This document shows, piece by piece, positions 63,649 to 64,000 of a DNA stretch of 64,000 bases. The position numbers were made by a program, and so were the translations under genes. Source of the DNA: Klebsiella phage KMI7; sequence record MN101221.1. One strand, 5' to 3'. Position 1 is the first letter of the stretch. Each line of letters begins with the position of its first letter. The notes beneath the pieces are model-generated. The model was not told the origin of the DNA. It made no database searches and worked only from the letters and a program-made list of their open reading frames with translations.

Positions 63649-64000
63649 ATGATCATCGACAAATTAAATCCGTTGCCGAAGATCCCGTTTGTTGATGGCG
63701 TCCCAGATGACGCCACGACTCAAACGAAGATTCTTTGGATCAAAAACGGTGAAACTCTGGACGGTTCGCCAGATAAAGTGTCAAACACTGGTAGTCTTAA
63801 CCGAACTGGTGTAAACATCCAGCAGAACGCGGTTCAGTTAGAACAAAATACCATCACCCATAATGATAAAATCAACGAAGTAATCGATCAGGTTAACTTG
63901 ATTACTGAAAACATTGATGCTATTGGTGATGAAAGCGTAATCAAAAAAGTTAACCAGTTGGATCAGGATGTTCAGGCATTAACTTTATCTAACACCCAAA
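63649..64000 (+). CDS. wac: fibritin (wac), N-terminal fragment; continues past window end
   Basis: PFVDGVP...ILWIKNGE matches the T4 fibritin N-terminus (LPFVDGPP...ISWIKNGE). GAGG SD. Confidence 0.7.
   Translation, partial: MIIDKLNPLPKIPFVDGVPDDATTQTKILWIKNGETLDGSPDKVSNTGSLNRTGVNIQQNAVQLEQNTITHNDKINEVIDQVNLITENIDAIGDESVIKKVNQLDQDVQALTLSNTQ

Overview
This window is a T4-like (Tevenvirinae-type) myovirus genome segment. All protein identities below come from my own reading of motifs against remembered T4 protein sequences, because no database search was possible.

Layout:
- Minus strand, 1-19.7 kb: the replication and recombination core in near-T4 order: dda, a MazG-like ORF, primase gp61, a TraR/DksA-like zinc finger, a compact gamma-class N6-adenine methyltransferase-like gene, small membrane proteins, helicase gp41, a gp40-position ORF, uvsX, DNA polymerase gp43, regA, gp62, gp44, gp45, gp32, gp59, gp33, dsbA and rnh.
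- Differences from T4 in this block: genes 42, beta-gt and imm are absent between uvsX and gp43; two extra ORFs and a promoter/stem-loop cassette sit between gp43 and regA; the 32-59-33-dsbA-rnh block lies next to gp45.
- A GATC-dense, AT-rich divergent promoter region follows at 19.7-19.97 kb.
- Plus strand: gp55, gp47 and gp46, then a convergent HNH homing endonuclease.
- About 24.8-45.6 kb: an accessory (hyperplastic) region of roughly 60 mostly small minus-strand early ORFs. Many are translationally coupled and separated by GC tetraloop hairpins. Recurrent cassettes place a sigma70-like promoter's -35 hexamer inside a terminator stem-loop and share a 5' leader.
- Notable genes in that region: a J-domain protein with a frame break, a signal-peptide lytic transglycosylase, a PIN-PhoH ATPase, a T5-type L-Ala-D-Glu endolysin, a radical-SAM/SPASM-like Fe-S protein, a DUF262/ParB-like protein, a NUDIX hydrolase and a LigT-like 2H phosphoesterase.
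- After that: dNMP kinase (gene 1), a gp3-like ORF, a second GATC-rich promoter region, and an inserted plus-strand lysine-rich gene with highly expressed codon bias and an internal-protein-like N-terminal targeting sequence. gp2 and gp4 follow on the minus strand.
- Plus-strand late baseplate module: 53-5-[uncharacterised 688-aa ORF]-6-7-8-9-10-11-12-wac (wac is partial at the window end).

No rRNA, tRNA or CRISPR was seen.
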